DNA of 63,441 nt, filler included, from Octopus bimaculoides (Eukaryota): assembly GCF_001194135.2 (NCBI RefSeq). It is 7 parts of 7 records of this genome, joined end to end, with 100 filler letters (N's around TTAATTAATTAA, not from the genome) between each part and the next. Parts side by side here need not be neighbours in the genome. Positions count along the whole stretch, not along the records: positions 1 to 17,623 come from NC_068990.1; 6 more parts are not named here. The stretch is one strand, 5' to 3'. A program made the translations under genes and the position numbers. The notes below the pieces were generated by a model. That model was not told where the DNA came from. It saw nothing but the letters and a program-made list of their open reading frames with translations, and did no database searches. Numbering within the stretch: position 1 is the first letter of the stretch; each line of letters begins with the position of its first letter. Below are positions 1 to 13,031 of this stretch, in pieces.

Positions 1-125
1 TATATATATATATATATATATCTACACATACATACATGTATATATACATACATATATACATACATATATATACATATATAAATAATCTATACAGTACACA
101 CACACACAAATATATATATATATAT

Positions 126-327
126 TATTTAAAGCAGTTTGATTCAGTTCTGTGCCACTTCAAGTTTCACAGGCCCTTTATGAGAGCCCAACTCCTTCAG
201 GCTTCTGGAATGCTGAATGCAGAGATCCAGGGAGTCCCAAGATATCTCCATTTGGCATTTCTGAAGCCTAAAGGAGTTGGGTTCTCATTAGGGGCCTGTA
301 GGGAACCAAATCAAACTGTTTTAAATA
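126..327. mobile_element. Palindromic MITE-like hairpin element
   Basis: Left arm TATTTAAAGCAGTTTGATT...AGAGAT matches the reverse complement of the right arm ATCTCC...AATCAAACTGTTTTAAATA over about 85 bp with one indel; TA at both ends; no ORF. Confidence 0.7.
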
Positions 328-382
328 ATACATATAACTCGTATTGAATGTGTGAGTGACTTTCCTTTCAATTGACTTCTCA

Positions 383-421
<39 letters not shown>

Positions 422-466
422 AGTCAGTAAATGGTAGAGTTGTGTTAACCACACGTGGATAGATAA

Positions 467-1163
467 TAGGAAAATAATAATAATAATAACAATAATAAGG
501 CAGAATGCTAGATTGAAAGCATAAGGAGGATTAAAAAGGATTTCTAACCGGCTTTCATTGCATGGCAAATTTTCAAGAAGAGGGGAAATGAAAATAATGT
601 TTTTTACAAGAATATTAAAAATATATTAAAAAATAGATATACCAATACCTTATATTGTCTTTGAGTTTTTAAAGTTCAATGGTAATCCATGTAGATAATT
701 GTTAGATAGATTAGGATGCATGGAATTAAGAATCGTGTTGTGCTTAGAAAAGGCTGAGAGTTTATGTGTTAAACAGGAAGAGTATAAAACCCACAGAATT
801 GTCTTCCCTTACACACACTTCCTGTTTTGACACCACACTTCCTGTTTAACACAAACTCTCAGCCTTTTCTAAGCACAACATGATTCTTAATTCCATGCAT
901 CCTAATCTTTCTAACAATTATCTACATGGATTACTATTGAACTTTAAAAACTCAAAGATAATATAATGTATTGGTATATTTATTTTTTTATATATTTTTA
1001 TATTTTCGTAAACGACATTATTTTCATTTCCCCTCTTCTTGAAAATTTGCCATGCAATGAAAGCCAGTGAGAAACCCTTTTTAACCCTTCTTAAACACAT
1101 CTATATTAAAATATGCTTTCAATTTAGCATTCTGCCTTATTATTATTATTTTTTATTTTCCTA
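467..1163. mobile_element. Long foldback/MITE element with ~310-bp inverted arms
   Basis: TAGGAAAATAA...AAACAGGAAG (467-780) is the reverse complement of CTTCCTGTTTAAC...TTATTTTCCTA (838-1163); TA termini; short spacer. Confidence 0.8.
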
Positions 1164-1171
1164 TATATATC

Positions 1172-2040
1172 ATCATCATCATTTAGCATCTGCTTTCCAT
1201 GCTGGTATCGGTTAGATGGTTTTACTGGAAATGGCAAGCTGAAGAGCTGCGCCAAGTTTCAGTTTGGTATGCCATGATTTCCTAATGCTAACCACTACAA
1301 GAATGTAATGGGTACTTTTTAATGTGCCACTGGCATGGGTGTCAGTTACATGGGACCATCATTGTCCATGATTACAGCTTCATTTGGCTTGACAAGTCTT
1401 CTCATGCATAGCCTATCGCCAAAGGTCTCAGTCACTTGTCATTGCCTTCGTTAGGCCTAACAAAGATCATGCTTCACCAACTTGTCTCATGTCTTCCTGG
1501 GTTTACCCCTTCCACAGGTTCCCTCCACAGTTAGAGATCAGTACTTCTTTACACAACTGTCTTCATCCATACACATCACATGAGCATACCAGTGCAGTCG
1601 TCTCTATTGCATACCACACATGATGCCTCTTAAGCCCAACTTTTCTCTCAAGATATTTACACTCTGTCATACATGCACATTGACATTGCAAATCCAGCAA
1701 AGCATACTAGCTTCATTTTTTTTTCAAGCCTGTGCATGTCCTCAAGAGTTACAGCCATGTTTCACTGCCTCTGAGGGACAGGCCCTTAGTTACCAGCAGA
1801 GGTAGGAGCTCTCAGAACTTCACCCAGCCTATTATTCTAGCAGCTACACTTTTGGAGCATACACTTCCTCTGCTGACCTGGTGACCTAGATAACGGAAGC
1901 TATCAACTACTTGTAGGTATCCCACTTGGTATTTGATGGAGTCTATTTTCTGTACATTTCTAGTATTCATTGTACCCGACAGACTAAAAAGACTATTTAC
2001 CCTGTTAATCTTCCTCTGATATTGCATCCCTTGTGTGTCC
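1172..2040 (-). mobile_element. RTE-clade LINE 3' fragment, degenerate RT C-terminus and 3'UTR
   Basis: Minus ORF 1812-2042 contains LQVVDSFRYLG...SVAARIIGWVKF, typical of RTE RT; (CAT)n tail at 1172. Confidence 0.85.
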
Positions 2041-2043
2041 AAT

Positions 2044-2323
2044 TATCATCATCATCATCGTTTAACGTCCGCTTTCCATGCTAGCATGGGTTGGACGATT
2101 TGACTGAGGACTGGTGAAACCGGATGGCAACACCAGGCTCCAGTCTGATTTGGCAGAGTTTCTACAGCTGGATGCCCTTCCTAACGCCAACCACTCAGAG
2201 AGTGTAGTGGGTGCTTTTACGTGTCACCCGCACGAAAACGGCCACGCTCGAAATGGTGTCTTTTATGTGCCACCCGCACAAGCCAGTCCAGGGGCACTGG
2301 CAACGATCTCGCTCGAAAATCCT
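2044..2323 (-). mobile_element. RTE LINE 3' end (second copy), truncated by gap
   Basis: (CAT)n tail followed by TTTAACGTCCGCTTTCCATGCTAGCATGGGTTGGACG, the same terminus as the 1172 copy and the 9590-9900 copy. Confidence 0.8.
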
Positions 2324-3121
2324 NNNNNNNNNNNNNNNNNNNNNNNNNNNNNNNNNNNNNNNNNNNNNNNNNNNNNNNNNNNNNNNNNNNNNNNNNNNNN
2401 NNNNNNNNNNNNNNNNNNNNNNNNNNNNNNNNNNNNNNNNNNNNNNNNNNNNNNNNNNNNNNNNNNNNNNNNNNNNNNNNNNNNNNNNNNNNNNNNNNNN
2501 NNNNNNNNNNNNNNNNNNNNNNNNNNNNNNNNNNNNNNNNNNNNNNNNNNNNNNNNNNNNNNNNNNNNNNNNNNNNNNNNNNNNNNNNNNNNNNNNNNNN
2601 NNNNNNNNNNNNNNNNNNNNNNNNNNNNNNNNNNNNNNNNNNNNNNNNNNNNNNNNNNNNNNNNNNNNNNNNNNNNNNNNNNNNNNNNNNNNNNNNNNNN
2701 NNNNNNNNNNNNNNNNNNNNNNNNNNNNNNNNNNNNNNNNNNNNNNNNNNNNNNNNNNNNNNNNNNNNNNNNNNNNNNNNNNNNNNNNNNNNNNNNNNNN
2801 NNNNNNNNNNNNNNNNNNNNNNNNNNNNNNNNNNNNNNNNNNNNNNNNNNNNNNNNNNNNNNNNNNNNNNNNNNNNNNNNNNNNNNNNNNNNNNNNNNNN
2901 NNNNNNNNNNNNNNNNNNNNNNNNNNNNNNNNNNNNNNNNNNNNNNNNNNNNNNNNNNNNNNNNNNNNNNNNNNNNNNNNNNNNNNNNNNNNNNNNNNNN
3001 NNNNNNNNNNNNNNNNNNNNNNNNNNNNNNNNNNNNNNNNNNNNNNNNNNNNNNNNNNNNNNNNNNNNNNNNNNNNNNNNNNNNNNNNNNNNNNNNNNNN
3101 NNNNNNNNNNNNNNNNNNNNN

Positions 3122-3193
<72 letters not shown>

Positions 3194-3277
3194 GCATAAA
3201 TTTATGTACATATATGTATATATATATATACACACACGCACACATATATATGCATTAAATATATATACATACATACA

Positions 3278-3692
3278 TACTCTTTTACTCATTTCAGTTA
3301 TTTGACTGCACCCATGCTGGAGCACTGCCTTTAGTCGAGCAAATCGACCCCAGGACTTATTCTTTGTAAGCCTAGTATTTATTCTATCGGTCTCTTTTGC
3401 CGAACTGCTAAGTTACGGGGAACGTAAATACACCACCATCGATTGTCAAGTGATGTTGGGGGGATAAACACAGACACACAATCATATACACACACATACA
3501 CACACACACACACATATATATATATACATATATACGTCGGGCTTCTTTCAGTTTCTTTCTACCAAATCCACTAACAAGGCTTTGGTCAGCCTGAGACTAC
3601 ACTAGAAGACACTTACTCAAGGTGCCATGCAGTGGGACTGAACCTGGAACCATGTGGTTGGGAAGCAATCTTCTTATCACGCATCCATGCCT
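3278..3692 (-). mobile_element. tRNA-derived SINE family 1 (internal TA/CA microsatellite, AAAAGAGT tail)
   Basis: Head with A/B-box-like TGGCTGTGTGGTAAG...GGTTCAGTCCC; body shared with more than 10 copies in the window. Confidence 0.85.
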
Positions 3693-4279
3693 ATGTATAT
3701 ATATTAGAGTTGCTGGCAGAGCAGATGGTGTCTTTCTCAACCACAGCCCCCCACACACACACACACACTAATCCATGGGGAATTAGGAAACCAGAATTCT
3801 GACTCTTTCCAAAGGTATGGCAAGGAATGCCACAACCACATTCTAAGTGACAACACACCCAATAACCATCACAGTTGGGGTGACATGGTTTTCATGATGT
3901 CCATGTTAAGTGTTAGATCCTTTTAGAGTGTTCACAGAGCATCGAGCAATAGTCACACTGGCATTTTGATATCCAGTGCAAATCTTCAGTATTCAGATGG
4001 CTCCCTGTCCTCTATGTCAGATAACTTTTTCTCATGTACATGTTTACTCTTCAAGCTCTCAAGCACCATTGACTGCTCACTAATATATCAAACTGTTCCT
4101 GAGAAAAGGATGCATAAAGTATCGTTAAATTTAGCCTGAAAACCATGTATGAATATATGTATGTATATATGTCTGTATGTATGTAACGTGTAAACATGCA
4201 CGTGCGCTTGACTCTTTTTGTCTTGGAATTGTATAATTGCTGTAAATGAATGTCGTTCATTTCCAATACTCTAAAAAGA

Positions 4280-4431
4280 CACCTCTGGCCAGAGAGAAAT
4301 ATTACCCTGATTGAAAACAGGTAAAGGTTAGCAGCATGAAGGGCATCAGGTCATTGAAAATCTTTTGGTAACACCTGACAGACCCATGCAAGGATAGAAA
4401 AGTTGACATGAAAATAACGATGATGATGATG
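4280..4431 (+). mobile_element. Degenerate RTE-type 3' tail
   Basis: GAAGGGCATC...GACCCATGCAAGGATAGAAAAGTTGAC...(GAT)n resembles the RTE termini elsewhere in the window. Confidence 0.55.
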
Positions 4432-4446
4432 TGTGTGTATATATAC

Positions 4447-4477
<31 letters not shown>

Positions 4478-4630
4478 CACATGCACACACATATGCACAC
4501 ACACACACACACATATATATAGGTTATGAGCGGTAATGGTGTCAATTAGACCCAGAGGTTTCAGGTAATGCTGAGTAAGTGCTATGGATAGACTATAGTT
4601 AAGCTCCAGGTTTGGTGCCCCTTATCCGCT

Positions 4631-4662
<32 letters not shown>

Positions 4663-4849
4663 CACACACATATACTTATGCTCACACACATATCCGCATG
4701 TATATAAACAACAATTATATGTAGTTGTACATTTATATGGAAAGATACATGGATATTTAGAGATTTATATGAATGCATATATAGATAACACACTCACTTA
4801 TGCATATACATAAACAGCATACACATACTCATACACACGGCTCACACTC

Positions 4850-5410
4850 AAATGATTTTCGTCAAATAATAATCAAAATTTTGTGTAAAAATCAAAAAAC
4901 AAGAGAAGAAAATTGCAAACTACAATGAAACAATTTAATAGAATAAAATAAAAGTCAATATCAATTTAAAATTAAAAAAAAAACCTAACAAAAGTTAAAA
5001 AGAGCAAATAAAATAACATAATAATCAATAAAAACGAAGAAAATTTCTAAAACAAATTGAAATAAAGAAGTAAAAACTAAACCAATAAAACAAAGAATCG
5101 GAAAAAATGGAAAATGGAAGCTAAAAATACGGAAAATGTAAAGCGTAAAGCGTGAAACAAAAACATAAAATTTATAAAGAGTAAATAAACAATTCTAAAA
5201 TACTGATAAAGAATACAATAAATAAAATAAAAAATTTTAAGAAAATAAATTTAAAGAATAACAGCAACCGGATGAGAAATGTATACATGTAAAAATTTAA
5301 AAGAAGGAAAACAAATCTTGTCAAACAAACATTTTCAAAAATAAAAATAAATTTGAAAAAAAAAATAAGGAAAAAATATGAGTAGTCAAAAGATGAAGAT
5401 AAAATTTAAA
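4850..5410. repeat. A-rich low-complexity tract with strong strand asymmetry
   Basis: Almost continuous A-rich sequence without a clear period or long ORF. Confidence 0.6.
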
Positions 5411-5617
5411 ATAAAAATACATACATATAAATGTAGTTTATTTGTGCATGTATGTGTATATATAGATATATACGGGAGAGAAAGAGAGCATGATGGGGAG
5501 ACGGATGTAAAAGGATGGGGAGTTTGGTGAATGATACAAAAGAATATGGCTTTTGTCTTTTATATTTTCTCATGCATATGTATGTATATATATATATATA
5601 CACACAAACATACATAT

Positions 5618-5670
<53 letters not shown>

Positions 5671-5881
5671 TTGATGTATGTACATTCTTATATGTATCTA
5701 TATATGTGAATGTATGTTTGCACGTTTTCTTTTTTTACAATTCTTTTATTTCACAATTCAGACAGTGTGTATATGTCTTTTGTACATCTGTGCATGTGTA
5801 TGTATGTGTATGTGTGTACACACACATATACAAATACACATGTATAGACATTTAAAAAGCATACAGAGACTGTCTGAAGAT

Positions 5882-5935
<54 letters not shown>

Positions 5936-6291
5936 GTATACATATAAATCTACATATACATACACACACACATATATATATACATACATACATACACATG
6001 CACGCACACATATATATATTTGGCATGTATATGCATGCATATGAAAGTGTATGTGCTTATATATTCATGTATGTACACGTGCTTTATGTGTGTGTGAAAA
6101 GGAAACAATATGTAAAAGAAGAAGAATATCTTTAAGTGGATGATGGAGAAGAAGACACTTCACAAATGATGTAGAAGATACTGTTTAATCACTGAACAGT
6201 AAATTTTAACGATGGCTTTTTCTTTATACATTTCACATGTCAGACTCTGTGTGTGTTTGTACGTATATGTGCAAGTATGTACATGTGTGTG

Positions 6292-6339
<48 letters not shown>

Positions 6340-6469
6340 TTGTCTATATGTATGTGCAAGTGAATACATGAATGCAAGTGTGGCTGTGTTTGTTTTACCA
6401 TAGTTTTATTTCACAAATCAAGTAGTCAGTGTGTTTTTTTTTGTATATTTGTGAGTGTCTATATATGCA

Positions 6470-6513
<44 letters not shown>

Positions 6514-6830
6514 ATACTTATATACATATGGGATGGAATGTTTGCATGATGGCTGGTTTCTATTTATATTTTCACAGTTATTTAATTTATATATATGTAT
6601 GTATGTATGTGGGTATATATTTAATTTTTTTTATTTTCATTTCTACACTTTGTTTCATTTCAATTGAAAGCTGTTTTGTTAAAAGACAGAGAAAAAACAC
6701 AGCACAGAGGTGGTTGATGTCAGTGACAAGTGATACAAAGAATACTGCTTTAAATTTATATATTTTCTGCATGCCACTCTCCCCATCACACACATATATA
6801 CATATGTATGTATGCCTATATCTGTTTGCA

Positions 6831-6912
<82 letters not shown>

Positions 6913-8234
6913 GTTGTATATCAATTTTATTTCGTTTTTAAATGCCTATTTCTTTGCAATTTAGATTTTTTGCAAAATATTTCCCTTTTTTCTTTGTTTT
7001 CTTTCTCTTTACATCATATATGTTTTTCCTTTTTATTTAAATTTTGCTTTCATTGCATTTATTTTATTCATTTACTCATTTGTTATTGTTGCTGTTTATT
7101 ATTGTTTTTTTTTCAGATTTATTGAATATTTTCTTTGCCATTTTTACAAGTTCACTATATGACGTCTTTAAACAGCTTCAGTGAATCTAATGAGACAGAA
7201 GAAGAGAAAAAGGAAGAAGACAGAAAGTAAAGTGATACAAAAACAATTAAAGATTCCTACAGACAAAGCCGTTGGCCTTTGAGTATCAATTATTATGATC
7301 GTCATCAACACTGGTACTATTATCATCATCAGCATCATTAGCACCAATAATAGCAACAGTAATTACAGCAGCATCACCACCAGCAGGGTCTTTTACTGTC
7401 ATTAAAGCTGTTTTGTGGAGCAGAATATAGAGTGTGGTGGAGGGTAAACTCTTAACAACAAACTGTAATAGATGAAATGGAAGTGGGTGTTTAAGTGTCT
7501 TGCCGCATAATGATAAAGATTAAACTGAAAAAAATGAGAATTTATACATGCATGCACATGTATGCACACATAAAAAAGCCTTTCATATGTCCACATGCAC
7601 ACACATAAATACATACACAAACAAACGTACATCCTCTCAAATGGAAACACACAGATGTAAATATACACATGCACACACACACTTTGGCATTCATATTCTC
7701 ATTCACACAAATGCATACACCTGCATATACATACCTATGCAAGCATATAGCCACACCAAGAGACACTCATACACTCCCACTCATGCACACATACACTCAT
7801 ATGCATCCAGTGCCTATATACACTCTCTCCTCTTCTTTGTACAAATACATACTTTACGTAATCATTATAATGCCACAGATGAACAATTTGATAAGATGTG
7901 GTGTTTGATTTCCAGTTGAAGGCTCAATATATTGGTGTCAAATATTATAACAACACTGCAATGTTTCAAAGTTTCTTTACTTCTTTCCATAAACAAATAA
8001 TACAAGCAGACTTCAGCAAGGGTGAGATACAAGTGGATTTGTTAGTATGGTTTTGATATGTTAGGGTGAAGTTCATCTGTCAGAGGTTAAGACAGGACAC
8101 TTTGGTAAAGTACTATCTTCCATATAAACTGTTCTAGTTCTATTCTGTTAAGTGTAAATCTATCAGATACATTTGTATACATACATACATGCATACAAAC
8201 ACACACACACACATCTATCTATCTATCTATCTAT

Positions 8235-8268
<34 letters not shown>

Positions 8269-8409
8269 TTAGGGAAAATAACCAATTTTCAAGAACTCAT
8301 CGATGAAAATCCACTATCACATATAGAAAGGCTCAATTTAATTTTAATTTTTTATAAATTGATTTTAATTGAGTTTTTTACCTGTAATTTTGGATTTTGT
8401 CCCTAATAT

Positions 8410-8449
<40 letters not shown>

Positions 8450-9123
8450 CTATCTATCTGCGCACACACATACACACAGACAAACACGTATAACCTAGGA
8501 TAGCCTAGGGCTAAACAACAACAATGCTGATGAAAAAGATGCTTTTATGAATGCAGGAATTTGCTAAAACCTGCCGCCAAATTTTTTTACAATCACAACC
8601 AATGGTTTTAAAGAGGAAGAACCTATTGGGACACATAGCCATGGATACACAAATGTACAAAGTATGAATGTCATGGTTGGGACTCCTTTGATTATTAGTC
8701 TACTCATTCAAAGATGACTTGAGGTTAAGTAACAACAAAGTAACAACATCCTGCCTTACCAATATTTTAAACCTAATCTTCTCAGTTATATCTCTAAAAT
8801 ACTGGTCAACTTCACATACAATAAGCAGACAACAAGTTTATAAGATTGTATAACATGCAAGAAATAGCAGCTAACTGCCCTTCAAAACACACTATAATTA
8901 TAATATCTTAGAAATAGATAATACATATTAAGTCAGTAGGTTCTGGATAACAATGTCTTAAAGAAGATGGGATGGCCATGCCTGGCTACATACTTGATTC
9001 ATTTAGCCAAAGGATTAAGCAACAACAAGGAAAACAGAAAACAGGCCAATGAAGAAGACTCAAAGTAGTGTTACCAATCTACTAGAAATAGCAGTTAAAT
9101 TTCTCTCAAATTTCTCTCAAATA

Positions 9124-9560
9124 TGGCATAGGAGTGGGTGTGTGGTAATTAGCTTGCTTATGAACCACATGGTTCTGGGTTCAGTCCCACTGTGTGACAC
9201 CTTGGGCAAGTGTCTTCTACTATAGCCTCGGGCCAACCAAAGCCTTGTGAGTGGATTTGATAGATGGAAACTGAAAGAAGCCCATTGTATATATGTATAT
9301 ACATATATTTATATATGTGTGTGTGTGTGCATGTGTGTGTGTGTATATATATATGTTTGTGTGTCTGTGTTTGTCCTCCTAACATTGCATGACAGCTGAT
9401 GCTGGTGTGTTTACGTCCCCGTAACTTAGCAGTTCGGCAAAAGAACTGATAGAATAAGTACTAGGCTTATAAAGAATAAGTCCTGGGGTCGATTTGCTCG
9501 ACTAAAGGTGGTGCTCCTGCATGGCCACAGTCAAATGACTGAAACGAGTAAAAGAGTAAA
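9124..9560 (+). mobile_element. SINE family 1, near full length
   Basis: Head, internal microsatellite, body and AAAAGAGT tail match other copies. Confidence 0.85.
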
Positions 9561-9589
9561 TTGCTCTTCCCCAACTTGAAAAGAAAGGA

Positions 9590-9900
9590 CGTAAAGCGTC
9601 TGTGATAGCACCGTGTAGTAAAAAACATTCATGCTGGAATTGTGTAAAGAGCACCCATGCTTTTGCCATGCAAAAGTAACACCTGTGAAGAGAGCAACTG
9701 TGCCAATGCCATTTGAAAAGCACCCAGCACACTCTGATATGTGGTTGGCCTTAAGAAGGGCATCCAGCTATAGAAACCATACCAAAACATATGACTGGGG
9801 CCTGGTGCAGCTTCCCCAGCTTGCCAGCTCCTGTCAAACAGTCCAACCCATGCCAGTAAGGAAAATGAACGTTAAAGGATGATGATGATGATGATGATGA
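9590..9900 (+). mobile_element. RTE-type 3' end with (GAT)n tail
   Basis: AAGAAGGGCATCCAGCTATAGAAACC...CCAACCCATGCCAG...AACGTTAAAGGATGATGAT; reverse complement of the 2044 terminus. Confidence 0.7.
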
Positions 9901-9904
9901 AAGA

Positions 9905-10302
9905 TACTCTTTTACTTGTTTCAGTCATTTGACTGCAACCATGCTGGAGCACTGCCTTAAGTCGAGCAAATCGACCCCAGGACTTATTCTTTGTAAGCCT
10001 AGTGCTTATTCTATTGGTCTCTTTTGCCGAACCACTAAGTGACGGAGACATAAACACACCAGCATTGGTTGTCAAGCAATGCTAGGGGGACAAACACAGA
10101 CACACAAACATACACACACACATGTATATACATATATACGACGGGCTTCTTTCAGTTTCTGTCTACCAAATCCACTTACAAGGATTTGGTCAGCTTGAGG
10201 CTATAGTAGAAGACACTTGTCCAAAATGTCATGCAGTGGGACTGAATCTGGAACCATGTGGTTCATAAGCAAGCTACTTACCACACAGCCACTCCTGCGC
10301 CT
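9905..10302 (-). mobile_element. SINE family 1, full length
   Basis: Reverse complement of the 9124 and 16120 copies; tail-to-tail with the RTE end. Confidence 0.85.
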
Positions 10303-11140
10303 ACTTCAAAATAGATAAGATAGTCATGTGTGGATTGTCTTTGATTATTGGTTTACCCATTCTGCATTGACCTGGAGCTTAACAACTACAAAATCAACGA
10401 TAAAAACTTTAACATTTTTATAAACACCATATGAAAAAAAAAAAAATACACAAAAATTAAACATAACATGTTTGAAAATATCCTTAAAGAAATTTGTTGA
10501 ATACATTTTCTTATAGTTTTTCTTTTTAAAAAAAGAGTGAAAAGAACCTTTGCTATAAGCAAGAATTAGAGAAGAGTTTATTTTTAAAAAAAGTGTAAAG
10601 AAAACCAATGAAAGAAGAGATGTGTAGGAGATTGTTTGAGATGAAACCATGGAAGGGAAAGAATTACATAAAGTAAATATTAAACAAATATTCACTGACA
10701 AGAAGGCGAAAAATAAACCAGCTACAAAAATGAAATTTAAATGGCAAATGTCAAATTAGATACAAGTAACTATATATATAAATAAAATTATAAGATTTTA
10801 TTGAATAACAAGATATGTGATATAAATCTTCATTGAATTTTTAAATAACTTAAAGCAAAAAAATAAAAGTAGAAAATACATAACATAAATAGCTGCTAGT
10901 GTTTCTGATAGAATCAGAGAAATTAAATTTTATGTAAATCAGATTGAGTTAAAAATAAAATATAAATATATACGTAGGTGTGTGTGTGTTTGTGTGTGAG
11001 TGTAGACATCACTAGAGAAGTTAAATTTATTACTATTTTTGTCTGTTTTAGATATATATATATATATATGTTTATGTATGTACATATGTGTGTGTCTTGA
11101 GATAACGTTTTGGTGTCAGACACTTATATATATATATATA

Positions 11141-11480
11141 TCTATTGACTGAGCAACCCGTTGTTGCTGGGCAATTTTCACAATAGAATGCCTTTATTTC
11201 AATTATTTTTTAATTCATGTCAGACCATGTCTTCTCTGTTGGATTGGCTTCTTAATCAGAATGGATTTCTGCATTTTATGGGGGCAATTTATAATGTCTC
11301 CATAAATAAGGTCTTTTTTAAATTTTTCCATTTGGAGTACAGAGGCAAAACTTTTTCTTGCATCCTTCTCTTCAACATCTACCATAAAGTTGACCATAGG
11401 TAAAGCAGGGTTCTTGAAGGTGTAAGCCAGCAACCAAAAGTGTTTGCCACTATGATTTGTTGACAGCCATGGCAAAACTA
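11141..11480 (+). mobile_element. Possible non-autonomous Helitron-like 5' end
   Basis: A|TC start followed by ACCCGTTGTTGCTGGG, resembling Helitron 5' ACCCG..GTTGC..GGG motifs; 3' end not identified. Confidence 0.25.
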
Positions 11481-12504
11481 AGACTCACTGGAAATTGAAG
11501 TCTTTTGAACTGAAATGGAACATTATCTCCTGAGTCTGTGTGACAGAGAATCGTGTGTGCTTATCGTCTAACCAATGCACCCTATGCTCAGGTCTTTCCA
11601 GAAAATGTGTGACAAACCTTCATGTTGACATATCATCAAATCTATTCCTTCTCTGTTCAAGTGTCTCCTGAGTGCACCACTGAAAGATCCTCACAAAGTG
11701 ATGGTCTTTCAACTCTGTCCTCTAAAGAAATTCCTTAAACACATGCATACACATACACACACAGAGACACACATTCAGTGTGAGTGATATACATGTACAG
11801 ACAAAGAGTGTGATAAATACATATAGAGAAGGAGGAAAGTTTATAAAGAGAAAAGTGTAAAAGACAGAGAGAGACAGATAGAGAGAGGAGCTTTTCTGTT
11901 GCTGTCACAGATTTTGAAATTTAAAAATTAAGTGAAACTTTTCAAATTGGTATATTGATGTAATTTTTCACATTGAATCCAATTTCGTGATTCATTTATT
12001 CCAGAAAATTTTAGAAAAATGTTATAGAGGTTTAAAGTTTGATCATTTTCACCCAGTCAAAAAGCAGGATTTGGAAGTCAGCATTTTCTGTGTGCTAACT
12101 CTCTATCACAGAGTGAAAGTAAAAAACATTACAACAACAAAGTTTTAAACAAAAAGAAAGCAATTACATGTCATATTGAGAGAGAGGAGGAGGAGTTGCA
12201 TGCATGAGAGATGTCCATAAACAGAGAAAGAGTGAGAGAGAGGGTCATATATATATAGAGAGGATCAAAGTGTAAAAGGCCAAGGTAGGACACATAGAGT
12301 GTGGTAGATTTGGTAATCTGTAAGTTGAGCTATTTCTCATAACAAATTGTAATTCTTAATTAATATTTGCCAAAACCATTCTCCTTGGGATGCAGAGATG
12401 TGTCACTTCCTCTATATTGTGATATGTATTAATTAATGTGTCTCTAACCTGCTGTTGGTTCTTTGATCATTCAAATTCCATGTCCACTTGCTTCTCTTTG
12501 TTTC

Positions 12505-12575
12505 TATATCAGAATGGATGTGTGATAAGAAGATTGCTTCCCAACCACATGGTTCCAGGTTCAGTCCCACTGCAT
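12505..12575 (+). mobile_element. SINE family 1 head, interrupted by templated insertion
   Basis: CCCAACCACATGGTTCCAGGTTCAGTCCCACTGC, then an abrupt switch to non-SINE sequence. Confidence 0.75.
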
Positions 12576-12637
12576 AGCATTTACTCAGCATTACCTGAAA
12601 CCTCTGGGTCTAATTGACACCATTACTGCTCATAACC

Positions 12638-12677
<40 letters not shown>

Positions 12678-13031
12678 TATGTGTGTGCGTGTGTATATGT
12701 ATATATATGTNNNNNNNNNNNNNNNNNNNNNNNNNNNNNNNNNNNNNNNNNNNNNNNNNNNNNNNNATATATATATATATATATATATACACACATCATC
12801 ATCATCATCATTATTTTCATGTCAACTTTTCTATCCTTGACACAAATATATTGAGCCTTCAACTGGAAATCAAACACCACATCTTATCAAATTGTTCATC
12901 TGTGGCATTATAATGATTACGTAGAGTATGTATTTGTACAAAGGAGAGGAGAGAGTGTATATAGGCACTGGATGCATATGAGTGTATGTGTGCATGAGTG
13001 GGAGTGTATGAGTGTCTCTTGGTGTGGCTAT
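12573..13031 (-). repeat. Mosaic inverted duplication of 4389-4586 and 7747-7941
   Basis: 12573-12839 is the reverse complement of 4389-4586; 12837-13031 is the reverse complement of 7747-7941; only a few mismatches; shared TTG at the junction. Confidence 0.92.

Noticed and set aside
2114-3325. Long ORFs of 300-376 aa (also at 18336, 26042, 29267, 40101, 41618, 60509)
   Set aside because: They are open only because they run through N gaps and TA/CA microsatellites.
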